A DNA stretch of 49,636 nt from Gemmatimonadaceae bacterium (GCA_043758185.1 JAYVNZ010000006.1:1-49636), one strand, 5' to 3'; positions 8,078 through 17,856 are shown, counted from the stretch's first letter. Notes: a model not told the origin generated them from the sequence alone. Made by a program: numbers and translations.

Positions 8078-11000
8078 TTAACCGTCAAGTAACAGTACAT
8101 CGAACCGTTTCCTCATTTTTGGGGTGCTGAGCACCTCTCTATGGAGGGCATACTTGTCTACAGCGGACTGAACCATTTGGGGGGCATGGGGCCGCAACGC
8201 CAGTCCAAATTCTGCTATCAGCCACGCCGCCCCGGAAATGTCGGTGTCGTGGGCTGCATTGATTGCGAACTCCAGGAGGGCGATGGCCTCATCGAGCTTC
8301 CCGTCGCGTATCAGTAGATGCAGCCTGAGGGCGAATATCAGTTCGCTGCCGGGGAACCATTCCCCCAGGCCCTCACTCAGGGTCACGCCCTTGTCCAGGG
8401 CAGCCCGGGCGCCTGCAATGTCGTCGAGCTCGAACTGGCAGAGCCCGAACCCGCCATAGGCACACGCCTGCAGGGGGACCTGGTCGATACGCTCCGCAAG
8501 GTCGACCACCAGTGAATAGGTGTCCGCCGCTTCACGCGGTAGATCGTGCTCCCGCTGCAAGTCGGCCAGGTTGTACGTCGCGTACAACTGCTCCTCGCTG
8601 TTCTGCACCATCGACATGAGCCGGAGGGCCTCGGAGAACGCGCGAAGTGCACCCTCATAGTTGCCGATGCGGCCAGCGAGGACGCCGAGATTCAGCTCCG
8701 CTCGTCCCCACGACTCGATGATGCCGGCAGTCCTTGCCTGCTCTACGGCTATCGTCAGGACGCGCCACGCCTCGTCGGAGTTGTTGTAGTACATCTCGAG
8801 CACGCCGATGTTGTTCAGCCCCCTCACGCGCCGGAACGCGTCGCCGAGTGACGTTGCAATGTCGAGGGCATGTGCGAACAACTCGCGGGCGCGCGTGGGG
8901 TTCTCGAACTGGATGGTCACGGCCAATCGGTTGCAGGCATCCGCCAGCAGAAGCACGTCGTCACCCTGTTCCGCGATGGCCACCGCTTCTTCCGCCGTCC
9001 GTTGCGCCGCGCCAAGGTCGCCGAGGCGCCAATGCATCTGGGCGATGTGGAGCAGCACGGCGCCGCGTTCCATGTGCTGGCCAGCCGCGCTGGCCTCGGA
9101 CTCCAGCGCAAGAAGTTCCGTGAGCGTCTCCTGCGCCGCCAGGCCACGCTTCATGCGCACCACTGCGCGCGTTCGCTTGAGGCCGAGTGCCTGCACCTTG
9201 TCACCCTGCGTGGCGTACCACGCCAGGGCCTGGTCGCATAGCGCCTCTGCATCCTCGTACCGGCCGTCCACTTCCGCGAGGGACGCCATGCGCACTCGCA
9301 CCTGCGCAAGCGCTGCGTCGTCGGGCGCATTTCTCTCTGCAGCGGCAAGCAGGCTGGCGACCGCGCCAGTCTCGTGCAGGGCAAGGGCAGCCTCCGCCGC
9401 GCGGAGGGCGTGCGTATGGGCTTCCCGGCGCAGGTTCGCGAGTTCGAAGTGGCGCGCAATCTCTGCCGACGACTGTTGCTGCTGCGCGACAAGCGCATGG
9501 GCGATGCGGCTATGGAGTTCCACTCGTCGCGCCGGCAACAGTTGCGCTCGCGCCACGCGAGCAATCTCGTCATGCGCTACGACGTACCCTGCGCGCTCAC
9601 GATCGAACGTCGGCATGAGCAGCCCTCGCTTCAGCAGGTGCTCGAGACCCTGACGCCCGTCCGGCGCCGCGGTGGCGCTCTGGAACAGGAAGGACTCCTC
9701 GCACTCCCGCCCAATGGCCGCTGCCGCTTCCAGCACCTCGCGAGCCGGCGAGGGCAGCCGTGCAAGCCGGCGTGCCAGGAGTTCGTCAAGATTCGTGGGG
9801 CTCGGCAGCTCGCTCACTGGACTCCACTGCCACTCGCCGTCGTGCGCCGCCAGATGGCCACTTTCCTCCAGGTCGCGCAGGAGGTGCGTGAGCACGAGAG
9901 GGTTCCCTTCCGAATGCCTGTACGCATAGGCCAGGAGATCGCGACCGAGGTCGCCCGTCCCCAGCGCTGCCTCGAGCCAGCGTTTCGCGTCATCCCGCGT
10001 GAGGTGCGTCAGCAGGATCTCCGAATACCGGGCGCGCGTGGCCAGCCGGCTCCATCGATCCGGTGACTCGTCAACCGATTCCGTCTGGAAGGTGAGCGCA
10101 AGCACAATACGCTCGCTCTCGAGCTGCGTGGCCAGGTACTCCAGCGCATCCCAGGAGGCCGCATCGGCCCACTGCAGGTTCTCCAGCAGCAGGACGAGCG
10201 GACGCTGTTGCGCGGCAAGGCGGAGAAAGTCTCCAAGCTCCTCGAGGAGCAGCGTCTTGCTGCCACCGCGCGCGGGATCGCCTGTCGCGCGCTCCAGCGT
10301 GGGATCAAGCGCCGGCAGCTCGCGCCACAGGCGCGTGCTCTTCACCGGCAAGCGGCGCACGGCGCGAAGCACCTCGCTCCAGAGGGTATAGGGCGCGGCG
10401 AATTGCTGCTCGCGGCACGTGGCCGATACGAGGGATCCGCCGCGGAGCCGCACTTCGGGCGCGAGGGTGCGCACCAGTGCGCTCTTGCCGACGCCGCGCG
10501 CTCCAATGATCGCTACAACGCGCCCTTCACCTCGCACCATGTCGTCCAGGTGGTCCGTCAGCTGCGCCAGCGGCTCCGTGCGACCCACGAACCGGCTGAG
10601 ATCCAGGTCATCGCTGCGGTGGGTGAACGCCTGCGCCGTTCCATCGACGCCTGCTGACAACCGCGCGTGACGAGCCGCAACCAGCAGTGCAGCAAAGGTG
10701 GTCCCATGCTCTGGTGAGGTGGCGATGCCCAGCGAAAGGGTGACGCGGTAGGTGCTGCCGACACCGCCGAGGGTGAACACGTGCGACCGCACGGCGGCGA
10801 GGAGACGATCCGTTACGGCGCGCGCAGACTGCGCAGACCCGTCGAGGAGCAGGATGAGCCCGTCCTCGACGCTCGCGACGGCGTCCACGCCGCGAAGGTT
10901 CCGCCGCACGAATACGGCGAGCTCGCGCAGGAGGGCGGACGCGCGGATGTCGCCGACGTCGCGACGGACGGCATCGATGCCTTCCACGAGGGAGGAGCAC

Positions 11001-11212
11001 ACCACGACACGCCCCGCTGCGGCCGCAGTGCCGGCCAGGATGGCCAGCTCTTCGAGCGAAACCTGTCGTGCGAAATCGTCGGCGGAGATAATCGGGCTGG
11101 TCAACGGCGGAGACGGTTGGCGGCGGCGCCACGCATCCGGAATGGGAGCGGCGCTTCGTCGCGCTTCGTACCGTAGGCCTTGGCCCACCCACTCCGCAAG
11201 ACGCCGCGCCAA
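8078..11212 (-). CDS. multidomain signalling NTPase: degenerate GGDEF-like domain + AAA_16 (STAND-type) P-loop ATPase + TPR repeats
   Basis: Walker A is GARGVGKSALV. The Walker B region LVLLLENLQWAD is the AAA_16-style hhhhDDhhWaD block. The N-terminal 170 aa follow the GGDEF block order (RGVDAVASVEDGLILLL, VTLSLGIAT, LLVAARHARLSAG) but GG[DE]EF is replaced by VEDGL. The C-terminal 550 aa or so are TPR-like helical repeats. The track start is TTG 11212, with GTG 11188 as an alternative. Confidence 0.85.
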   Translation of the reverse strand: MARRLAEWVGQGLRYEARRSAAPIPDAWRRRQPSPPLTSPIISADDFARQVSLEELAILAGTAAAAGRVVVCSSLVEGIDAVRRDVGDIRASALLRELAVFVRRNLRGVDAVASVEDGLILLLDGSAQSARAVTDRLLAAVRSHVFTLGGVGSTYRVTLSLGIATSPEHGTTFAALLVAARHARLSAGVDGTAQAFTHRSDDLDLSRFVGRTEPLAQLTDHLDDMVRGEGRVVAIIGARGVGKSALVRTLAPEVRLRGGSLVSATCREQQFAAPYTLWSEVLRAVRRLPVKSTRLWRELPALDPTLERATGDPARGGSKTLLLEELGDFLRLAAQQRPLVLLLENLQWADAASWDALEYLATQLESERIVLALTFQTESVDESPDRWSRLATRARYSEILLTHLTRDDAKRWLEAALGTGDLGRDLLAYAYRHSEGNPLVLTHLLRDLEESGHLAAHDGEWQWSPVSELPSPTNLDELLARRLARLPSPAREVLEAAAAIGRECEESFLFQSATAAPDGRQGLEHLLKRGLLMPTFDRERAGYVVAHDEIARVARAQLLPARRVELHSRIAHALVAQQQQSSAEIARHFELANLRREAHTHALRAAEAALALHETGAVASLLAAAERNAPDDAALAQVRVRMASLAEVDGRYEDAEALCDQALAWYATQGDKVQALGLKRTRAVVRMKRGLAAQETLTELLALESEASAAGQHMERGAVLLHIAQMHWRLGDLGAAQRTAEEAVAIAEQGDDVLLLADACNRLAVTIQFENPTRARELFAHALDIATSLGDAFRRVRGLNNIGVLEMYYNNSDEAWRVLTIAVEQARTAGIIESWGRAELNLGVLAGRIGNYEGALRAFSEALRLMSMVQNSEEQLYATYNLADLQREHDLPREAADTYSLVVDLAERIDQVPLQACAYGGFGLCQFELDDIAGARAALDKGVTLSEGLGEWFPGSELIFALRLHLLIRDGKLDEAIALLEFAINAAHDTDISGAAWLIAEFGLALRPHAPQMVQSAVDKYALHREVLSTPKMRKRFDVLLLDG

Positions 11213-11289
11213 CTTCGTGCCGCCGCCGCCTTAACCATCGTGCGGGTTTACCGTCTACCTGGCTGAACACCACTCGAGGATGCAGCAGC

Positions 11290-13143
11290 ATGCCCATCCC
11301 GCACCGCAACCAGGTCCCGACCCTCCTCCTCGCCATCGCGGCCGGGTGCTCGTCCACCGCGACACGCGCCGCGCCGTCAGGAAAGATGCCAGACCCCCTG
11401 GTGGTGGTATCACCCTCGGAACCGCGCGAGCAGACGGCCGATCAGCAGGTGCAGCAGGTCCTGAATCGCCTGGCGTTCGGGCCGCGGCCCGGAGACGTCG
11501 CCCAGGTCCGCGCGATGGGGGTGGACCAGTGGATGGCCCGTCAACTTGCCCCTGATCGCATTGACGATGGCGTAGCGGATCGAATCATGGCCTCGTATGC
11601 AATCCTCGCGCGGCCGACGTCCGAGCTCGTGGCCATGTACGACACGGGTCAACTCGCCATCCGCCAGCGGCAGAAGCAGCTGGCACGACAGGGCGATAGC
11701 AGCGACAAGAAGGACATGCGCGCGGAAATCCTGAAGTCCAACCCGCAACTGCGCGAACAGCTGCGACAGAACCAGCGGATGCTTGGCGACCTGCAGTCCG
11801 CCAGGCTGGCGCGTGCCGTGACGAGCAACCGGCAGCTGGCAGAGGTCATGACCGACTTCTGGGAAAACCACTTCAACGTGTACGCCGGCAAAGGTCTGGA
11901 TCGCATTTTTCTGCCAGCGTACGACCGCGACGTGATCCGCCCACACGCGCTGGGCCACTTTCGCGACCTGCTTGGCGCCGTCGCAATGAGTCCAGCCATG
12001 ATGTTCTATCTGGATCAATGGCAGAGCGCCGCGGATTCGATGCACCTTACACTGGCTGTGCGTGGCCGACGGATATTGCCAGCGACACGCGGAAAGCGCG
12101 GTCTGAATGAGAACTACGCGCGCGAATTGATGGAACTGCACACGCTGGGCGTTGATGGCGGATATACCCAGCAGGACATCGTCGAGGTGGCCCGGGCATT
12201 GACCGGATGGACCATGAACCCCCGCCTCTCGGCGGAGTTCGTCTTTCGCCCGGAGATGCACGATGCGGGGCAGAAGGTGGTGCTGGGGCACGTGCTGCCA
12301 GCGGGCCGCGGCATCGCGGACGGCGAGGCGGTGCTCGACATCGTGGCGCGTCATCCTGCCACAGCGCATTTCATTGCGCGCAAGCTGGCGACACGATTCG
12401 TGAGCGATACTCCTTCCATTGCGCTGGTTGACCGCGCCGCAGAGACCTTTCTCCGCACCGATGGCGACATTCGCGAGGTGGTGCGGACAATCGTCACGAG
12501 TCCCGAATTCTTCAGCCGGGCTGCGTACCGCAGCAAGGTGAAGAGTCCGTTCGAGCTTGTTGCGTCGGCGCTGCGTGCGATGGGGGCCCAGCCGGATACC
12601 TCCATGCGATCCGCCCAGATCGTCGGCTTTCTCGGCGCGCCGATGTTCGGGCACCAGGCGCCGAATGGCTGGCCCGAGACGGGCGCGTCGTGGATGAACA
12701 GCGGCGCCATCCTCAACCGCATCAACTTCGGCCTCGCCCTCGCCGGCGATCACTTTCCGGGAGCGACATTGGCGCAATGGAGCGAGACGGAACGGCTGCA
12801 GAGCGAACCGCGCGATCAGCAGGTCGACGCCGTGATCCTCGCGTTCCTCGGTGGCCCGGCATCGCCCGATACGCGGGCCATCCTGTCCGGCGGGGAAAAC
12901 CCGCTGGTGGCGAAACTCGCCGCCACGCAAGTGTCGGACAGCACCATGGGAGCAGTCATGCCAGGAACGGCGTCCGCTCCAATGGGTGGCGGTGACGCTT
13001 CGATGCGGTGGGACATCGGCCCGGCAAGGAACGGTGGCCGTCGCCCCGCGATTGCCCGGACGATGGGAAGCCAGGTGCAATTGCATGGACTCGCGCAGGT
13101 CGTGGGGTTGGCGATTGGCGCACCCGAATTCCAGCGTCGCTGA
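11290..13143 (+). CDS. DUF1800 family protein, probable lipoprotein
   Basis: Carries the hallmark FWENHFNV motif. The N-terminus MPIPHRNQVPTLLLAIAAGC fits a signal peptide plus Cys. Confidence 0.9.
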   Translation: MPIPHRNQVPTLLLAIAAGCSSTATRAAPSGKMPDPLVVVSPSEPREQTADQQVQQVLNRLAFGPRPGDVAQVRAMGVDQWMARQLAPDRIDDGVADRIMASYAILARPTSELVAMYDTGQLAIRQRQKQLARQGDSSDKKDMRAEILKSNPQLREQLRQNQRMLGDLQSARLARAVTSNRQLAEVMTDFWENHFNVYAGKGLDRIFLPAYDRDVIRPHALGHFRDLLGAVAMSPAMMFYLDQWQSAADSMHLTLAVRGRRILPATRGKRGLNENYARELMELHTLGVDGGYTQQDIVEVARALTGWTMNPRLSAEFVFRPEMHDAGQKVVLGHVLPAGRGIADGEAVLDIVARHPATAHFIARKLATRFVSDTPSIALVDRAAETFLRTDGDIREVVRTIVTSPEFFSRAAYRSKVKSPFELVASALRAMGAQPDTSMRSAQIVGFLGAPMFGHQAPNGWPETGASWMNSGAILNRINFGLALAGDHFPGATLAQWSETERLQSEPRDQQVDAVILAFLGGPASPDTRAILSGGENPLVAKLAATQVSDSTMGAVMPGTASAPMGGGDASMRWDIGPARNGGRRPAIARTMGSQVQLHGLAQVVGLAIGAPEFQRR

Positions 13144-13170
13144 CGCTTCATCAAGGAGAAGGAGCAGCAC

Positions 13171-14451
13171 ATGGACCGCAGAGTCTTCATGAAGTCGGGC
13201 GCGATGGCCATGGTGACCATGGGCCTGAGCCCGAGTTTCCTCCGCCGCACAGCGTATGGTGCGGACCTGGCGAGTGGTGCCGCACTCCGGGGCGCCTCGC
13301 GTGGCAAGACGTTGATCTGCCTGTTCCAGCGCGGAGCGGCGGACGCGCTGAATGTCGTGGTGCCGCATGGCGAGGCGGCGTACTATCGCCTCCGTCCCAA
13401 CATTGCCATTCCGCGACCCTCGACGACCACTGGTGCGGCCGGGGCGATCGACCTCGATGGATTCTTCGGGCTGCATCCGTCGCTGGCGCCGATGAAGCCG
13501 TTGTGGGACCAGGGAATCCTTGCCCCGGTTCACGCGGTGGGTAGTCCGAGCGCGACGCGGTCGCACTTCGATGCGCAGGACTACATGGAATCGGGTACGC
13601 CAGACAACAAGGGAACGCGTGATGGCTGGCTGAACCGGTACCTGGCGGTCAAGGGCACCTGCGAGGCCGGTTGCGCCCAGCATGCGAAGGAATCGCCGTT
13701 CCGCGCCGTTGCGATGACGCAGCAGACGCCCCGCATGCTGGAGGGGCCTGCACCGACCATTGCGATGAACTCGCTCGACGAGTTCAGCGTGCGCGCAGCC
13801 GGACCCGCGGCCGACCGCCTCGAGGCCCTGTATCGCACCGGCACCGCCGACGTGGTGCATGCCGCCGGGGGCGAGATGTTCGAAGCCGTGAAGATCCTGA
13901 AGGCAGCCAATCCGCAGAAGTACACACCGCAGAACAACGCGAGCTACCCGGCATCACAGTTCGGGGTGCGACTCAGGCAGATCGCGCAGCTCATCAAGTC
14001 CGATGTGGGCCTCGAGGTTGCCTTTGCGGATGTGGGCGGATGGGACACCCACGTGAACCAGGGTGCGTCCACTGGGCAACTGGCCGGTCGCCTGGACGAC
14101 TTCGCGCGCTCCATCGCCGCACTCGTTGCCGACCTCGGCGACCGTATGGCCGACGTGACGATCATGACGATGTCGGAGTTCGGGCGCACCGTTCGCGAGA
14201 ACGGCAATGGCGGAACGGATCATGGGCACGCCAGTGCCTTGTTCGTGATTGGCGGAGACGTGAAGGGCAGGAAGGTCTACGGCAAGTGGCCTGGCCTGGA
14301 GCCCGAACAACTATATGAAGGCCGCGACCTGGCACTGACCACGGACTTCCGGTCCGTGTTCTCCGAGGTCGCGGCGAAGCACCTCGGCGCAATGAAGCTC
14401 GAGACGGTGTTTCCGGGGTTCGACGGAAGCGGGGAAATTGGTATCCTGTGA
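13171..14451 (+). CDS. DUF1501 family protein (sulfatase/alkaline-phosphatase-like fold), Tat-exported
   Basis: Has a twin-arginine signal (MDRRVFMKSGAMAMV) and the family block MSEFGRTVRENGNGGTDHGHA. A strong SD (AAGGAGAAGGAG) lies upstream of ATG 13171. Confidence 0.9.
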   Translation: MDRRVFMKSGAMAMVTMGLSPSFLRRTAYGADLASGAALRGASRGKTLICLFQRGAADALNVVVPHGEAAYYRLRPNIAIPRPSTTTGAAGAIDLDGFFGLHPSLAPMKPLWDQGILAPVHAVGSPSATRSHFDAQDYMESGTPDNKGTRDGWLNRYLAVKGTCEAGCAQHAKESPFRAVAMTQQTPRMLEGPAPTIAMNSLDEFSVRAAGPAADRLEALYRTGTADVVHAAGGEMFEAVKILKAANPQKYTPQNNASYPASQFGVRLRQIAQLIKSDVGLEVAFADVGGWDTHVNQGASTGQLAGRLDDFARSIAALVADLGDRMADVTIMTMSEFGRTVRENGNGGTDHGHASALFVIGGDVKGRKVYGKWPGLEPEQLYEGRDLALTTDFRSVFSEVAAKHLGAMKLETVFPGFDGSGEIGIL

Positions 14452-14456
14452 CCAAG

Positions 14457-14484
14457 GCGCACCGCTCGTGTTGGAGCGGTGTGC
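14457..14484. terminator. hairpin between convergent genes (possible bidirectional terminator)
   Basis: GCGCACCGCTC-gtgttg-GAGCGGTGTGC: 11-bp arms with one mismatch in the outer 3 bp (inner 8 bp perfect) and a 6-nt loop. It sits between the DUF1501 stop (14451) and the PBP1A stop (14494). There is no T-tract. Confidence 0.35.
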
Positions 14485-14493
14485 GTGGCGCGG

Positions 14494-16671
14494 TCAGAAG
14501 CGGAAGATCTTCCGCAACACCTTCCCGATTCCATCCACACCTTTGCGTATGGGTTCGGGTACCGGGAACGACTGCGGCTCATCGAACACGGGATCGCTTA
14601 TTGGTTCCGTGTGGATGTTGCAGACCTCCATGGGTTCTGTGCCCGGCTTGAAGAACTCGCGTTTGCGTTCCGGACACCACTGGCCAGCCAGCATGCCGTT
14701 GATGGGATCGATCAGGCGCATGATCATGCCTGGTGGCGGAGCCCATGCGTCGGAGGAGACCGGCGGCTCGCGCCACCCATTCAAATAGAAGTCGGCCCAT
14801 GCCGGCGCGGCGAGATGTCCGCCGGACGCGTGCGGCGCGATGGGTCGCGGCGTGTCGTACCCGAACCACACGCCAGCTACCAGAGTCGGCGTATAGCCCA
14901 CGAACCAGACGTCGGTGGCGTTGTTCGTCGTTCCCGTCTTTCCCGCAACGGGGCCCTTGACGCCCATGTCGCGAATGGTCTTCGCGGTACCGCCATCAAC
15001 GACGCCACGTAGCATGGAGGTGATCTGGTACGCCTCGCGCGCATCCATCACGGTGTCTCCCGCTGCGATCTCGGCGCTCCAGAGCAGCGTTCCGTCGGCG
15101 GCCTCGATGCGACGTACCAACCGGGGATGGACCTTGATGCCGCCGTTGGCGAAGGGAGCATACGCTGCCACGAGTTCCAGTGGCGTGACTTCGATGGCAC
15201 CGAGGGCCATGGCCGGATAGTTGGGCAATGGGCTGGAGATGCCATTGCGGCGCGCTGCGAGAATCACGTTCGGAATGCCAACCGTCTGGCTCACGCGAAC
15301 GGCTGACGCATTGGACGAGACGGCGAGGGCCTTTGCGAACGTGATGGTGCCCAGGTAGCTATCGTCGTAGTTGGAGGGCCGCCACACGCTGCGACCCTGC
15401 GTCACCTCCACCGGTTCATCATCGACGAGCGTGGCGGGGGTCATACCCGCCTTCAATGCTGCCGCGTAGACGAAGGGCTTGAAGGCGGAGCCAGGCTGGC
15501 GCCGTGCGTTGAACGCGCGATTGAATCCACGCTTGCTGCGCCGCCCACCCACAAGCGCACGGATGTCACCCGACCGCGGATCGAGCGCGATGAGCGCGCC
15601 CTGTGCGGCCTCCTTCACGCGGCTGCCAGCGTACTGCGTTTCGCGGGTGACCAGGGTGGTCTGGCGCAGCACGGCGCGATCCGCGGCGCGTTGGGCGGTC
15701 AGGTCGAGCGTGGTGTAGACGGTGACGTCACCGTCCTTGAGCGCATCGGGACGGATGGAATCGATGAGCGCACGGATCGCGTCGAGCGCCAGGGGTTCGT
15801 TGCCGGTGTCCGGGCGCCATTCATCTTCAGCGATCCGCAGCGGTGCGCTCTCGTCGCGCTGAGCCTGGGCCGCGGAGATATAGCCATTCTCCGACATCAG
15901 CGAGAGCACGAGGTTGCGGCGCCGGAGCGCGCGTTCAGGATGATCGCGCGGCGTGTATGCGCTTGGTCCCTTGGGAAGTGCGGCCAGCATGGCGCCCTCG
16001 CTCACGGTGAGCTTGTCGACGCTCTTGCCAAAGAGGTCGCGGCTCGCCGCCTCGACGCCGTACATGCCATTGCCCAGGTAGATGAGGTTGAGGTAGAGCT
16101 CGAGGATCTGGTCTTTCGTGAGCTCGCTCTCGATGAGCCGAGTGAGACGGAGTTCGATGACCTTGCGGCGCAGGGTCCGTCCGTAGCGCTTGTTGACCAG
16201 GAAGGAATTGCGCGCAACCTGCATGGTGATGGTGCTGAACCCTTCGCGCACGCCCAGGTGGCGCACGTTGGCCAGGGTTGCGCGGAACACGCCGCGCCAA
16301 TCGAGCCCGTTGTGCTGATAGAAGCGCCGGTCTTCCGTAGAGAGGAACGCTTCGCGCACGTGCAGCGGGATGGCGTCGAGTGGCACGTTGACTCGGCGAA
16401 CGAGCGCGACGCGTCCCAGGAAGTTGTCGCTGCGATCCACGATGCGGCCCCCTTCGCCCGGGCGGAAGCCACGGATGCCGCTGCGGGTGGGGCATCCTTC
16501 GAATCCACAGGTGCCGAGCCACGCGTCGAATGCGAGCAGGCCGAGGCAGAGAATGGCGAGGGCGCCGATGGAGCGCCACCGGCGCCGGAGCCATCGCGAA
16601 GCAGGCTCGTCGTTTGGGCGAAGCCGGTCACGGAAGCGCGCCAGTCGCGAGCGGAGTTGCAGAGAGGGCAC
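14494..16671 (-). CDS. mrcA: penicillin-binding protein 1A (bifunctional glycosyltransferase/transpeptidase)
   Basis: GT51 motifs are present (EDRRFYQHNGLDW, RKVIELRLTRLIE). Transpeptidase motifs are SAFKPFVY (SxxK), SSN and KTGTT. An N-terminal TM anchor is present and the start is GTG. Confidence 0.93.
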   Translation of the reverse strand: MPSLQLRSRLARFRDRLRPNDEPASRWLRRRWRSIGALAILCLGLLAFDAWLGTCGFEGCPTRSGIRGFRPGEGGRIVDRSDNFLGRVALVRRVNVPLDAIPLHVREAFLSTEDRRFYQHNGLDWRGVFRATLANVRHLGVREGFSTITMQVARNSFLVNKRYGRTLRRKVIELRLTRLIESELTKDQILELYLNLIYLGNGMYGVEAASRDLFGKSVDKLTVSEGAMLAALPKGPSAYTPRDHPERALRRRNLVLSLMSENGYISAAQAQRDESAPLRIAEDEWRPDTGNEPLALDAIRALIDSIRPDALKDGDVTVYTTLDLTAQRAADRAVLRQTTLVTRETQYAGSRVKEAAQGALIALDPRSGDIRALVGGRRSKRGFNRAFNARRQPGSAFKPFVYAAALKAGMTPATLVDDEPVEVTQGRSVWRPSNYDDSYLGTITFAKALAVSSNASAVRVSQTVGIPNVILAARRNGISSPLPNYPAMALGAIEVTPLELVAAYAPFANGGIKVHPRLVRRIEAADGTLLWSAEIAAGDTVMDAREAYQITSMLRGVVDGGTAKTIRDMGVKGPVAGKTGTTNNATDVWFVGYTPTLVAGVWFGYDTPRPIAPHASGGHLAAPAWADFYLNGWREPPVSSDAWAPPPGMIMRLIDPINGMLAGQWCPERKREFFKPGTEPMEVCNIHTEPISDPVFDEPQSFPVPEPIRKGVDGIGKVLRKIFRF

Positions 16672-16776
16672 CGTGTTGTGGGGATGGTAGGTTCAATCCA
16701 GTGGTACGGCAGGTGCGAAGCAGGAATCCAGCCGTGACCGCTGGTTTCTCATTCCTATTGACCCCGAAGGCCCGAA

Positions 16777-17796
16777 ATGGATCGCCGACTGCTCGCTGTC
16801 TCAATGCTGTTCGCCGCTGTTGCCTGCTCGAAGGGTGATGCGGCTCGTCCATCACCCTCTGGCTCAACGCGTGATTCCGCGGGTGGCTCCGTTGCGATTG
16901 TGCCGGTGGCGGCCGTGCCGGGAAGCGAGGGCACGCCATCGGCCCCAGCGTCCGCCGCGGCCAACCTGCAAGGGCGGATTCCGGTGCTCGAGTACCACGT
17001 GATTGGGGGCGAGAAGAATACCTTGTATACGCGCACGGCCGCGAGCTATCGCGCCGATCTGGAGGAAGCGTACAAGCGTGGTTTTCGTCCGATCACGATT
17101 GCGCAGATGCTGGACAAGGACTTTCGCGACGTGCCCGCAGGAATGTCGCCGGTGGTGTTCGTGTTCGACGACGCGTCGGACTCGCAGTTCCGGTATCTCG
17201 AGCAGAACGGCAAGCTCGAGATCGATCCCACGAGTGCCGTGGGCATCTGGCAGGACTTTGCGAAGTCGCATGCCGGCTGGAAGAATCGCGGCGTGTTCTG
17301 CATGCTGAACGGCGGTGCGGCTGGCCACAACTTCTTTGGTGATGGCCCGAAGTACGGCGGACAGAAGAAGGAGTGGCGGTTCCAGAAGGTGAAGTGGCTG
17401 GCGGACCAGGGGTTCGAGCTGTGCGATCACACGCTGTGGCATGCGATGCTGAACAAGTATCCGGATGCAGTGGTGCAGGAGCAGATCGCGCGCAACCAGA
17501 TGGGCATCGACAGTGCGGTGCCGGGCTACAAGATTCGCACGCTTGCGTTGCCGTATGGATTGTGGCCGAAGAACCGTCCGCTGGCGTGGCAGGGCAGCTG
17601 GACCGATCCGAAGACCAAGGTGGTGCACAACTACAAGTTCGACGCGGTGCTGGAGGTGGCTGGGGGGCCGGCGTTGAGTCCCTACGATGGGAAGTTCAAC
17701 CCGAAGAGTATCAACAGGATCGAGGCGATTGGCGATGACATTCGTCGTCAGCTTTCGCGACTGGATTCGACGAAGACGCGGTTTGTGGCGAAATAA
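16777..17796 (+). CDS. polysaccharide deacetylase-like lipoprotein
   Basis: The signal peptide MDRRLLAVSMLFAAVAC ends at a lipobox Cys. NodB-like blocks are present (VLEYHVIG, VVFVFDDASDSQF, CDHTLWH). It is transcribed divergently from PBP1A. Confidence 0.7.
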   Translation: MDRRLLAVSMLFAAVACSKGDAARPSPSGSTRDSAGGSVAIVPVAAVPGSEGTPSAPASAAANLQGRIPVLEYHVIGGEKNTLYTRTAASYRADLEEAYKRGFRPITIAQMLDKDFRDVPAGMSPVVFVFDDASDSQFRYLEQNGKLEIDPTSAVGIWQDFAKSHAGWKNRGVFCMLNGGAAGHNFFGDGPKYGGQKKEWRFQKVKWLADQGFELCDHTLWHAMLNKYPDAVVQEQIARNQMGIDSAVPGYKIRTLALPYGLWPKNRPLAWQGSWTDPKTKVVHNYKFDAVLEVAGGPALSPYDGKFNPKSINRIEAIGDDIRRQLSRLDSTKTRFVAK

Positions 17797-17824
17797 ACAA
17801 CGTTGCATGATCAGTTGTCTAAAG

Positions 17825-17856
17825 CGCCGCACAACGCGAGAGTTGTGCGGCGTTTT
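17825..17856 (+). terminator. rho-independent terminator after the deacetylase gene
   Basis: 11-bp perfect stem CGCCGCACAAC/GTTGTGCGGCG with a 6-nt loop, followed directly by TTTT. It lies 29 nt after the TAA at 17794-17796. Confidence 0.8.

Noticed and set aside
11410-13860. 816-aa ORF on the minus strand spanning the DUF1800 and DUF1501 genes
   Set aside because: It is antisense to two genes with clear family motifs. Its product is Arg/His/Gly-rich with no motifs, which is the typical shadow ORF of a high-GC genome.
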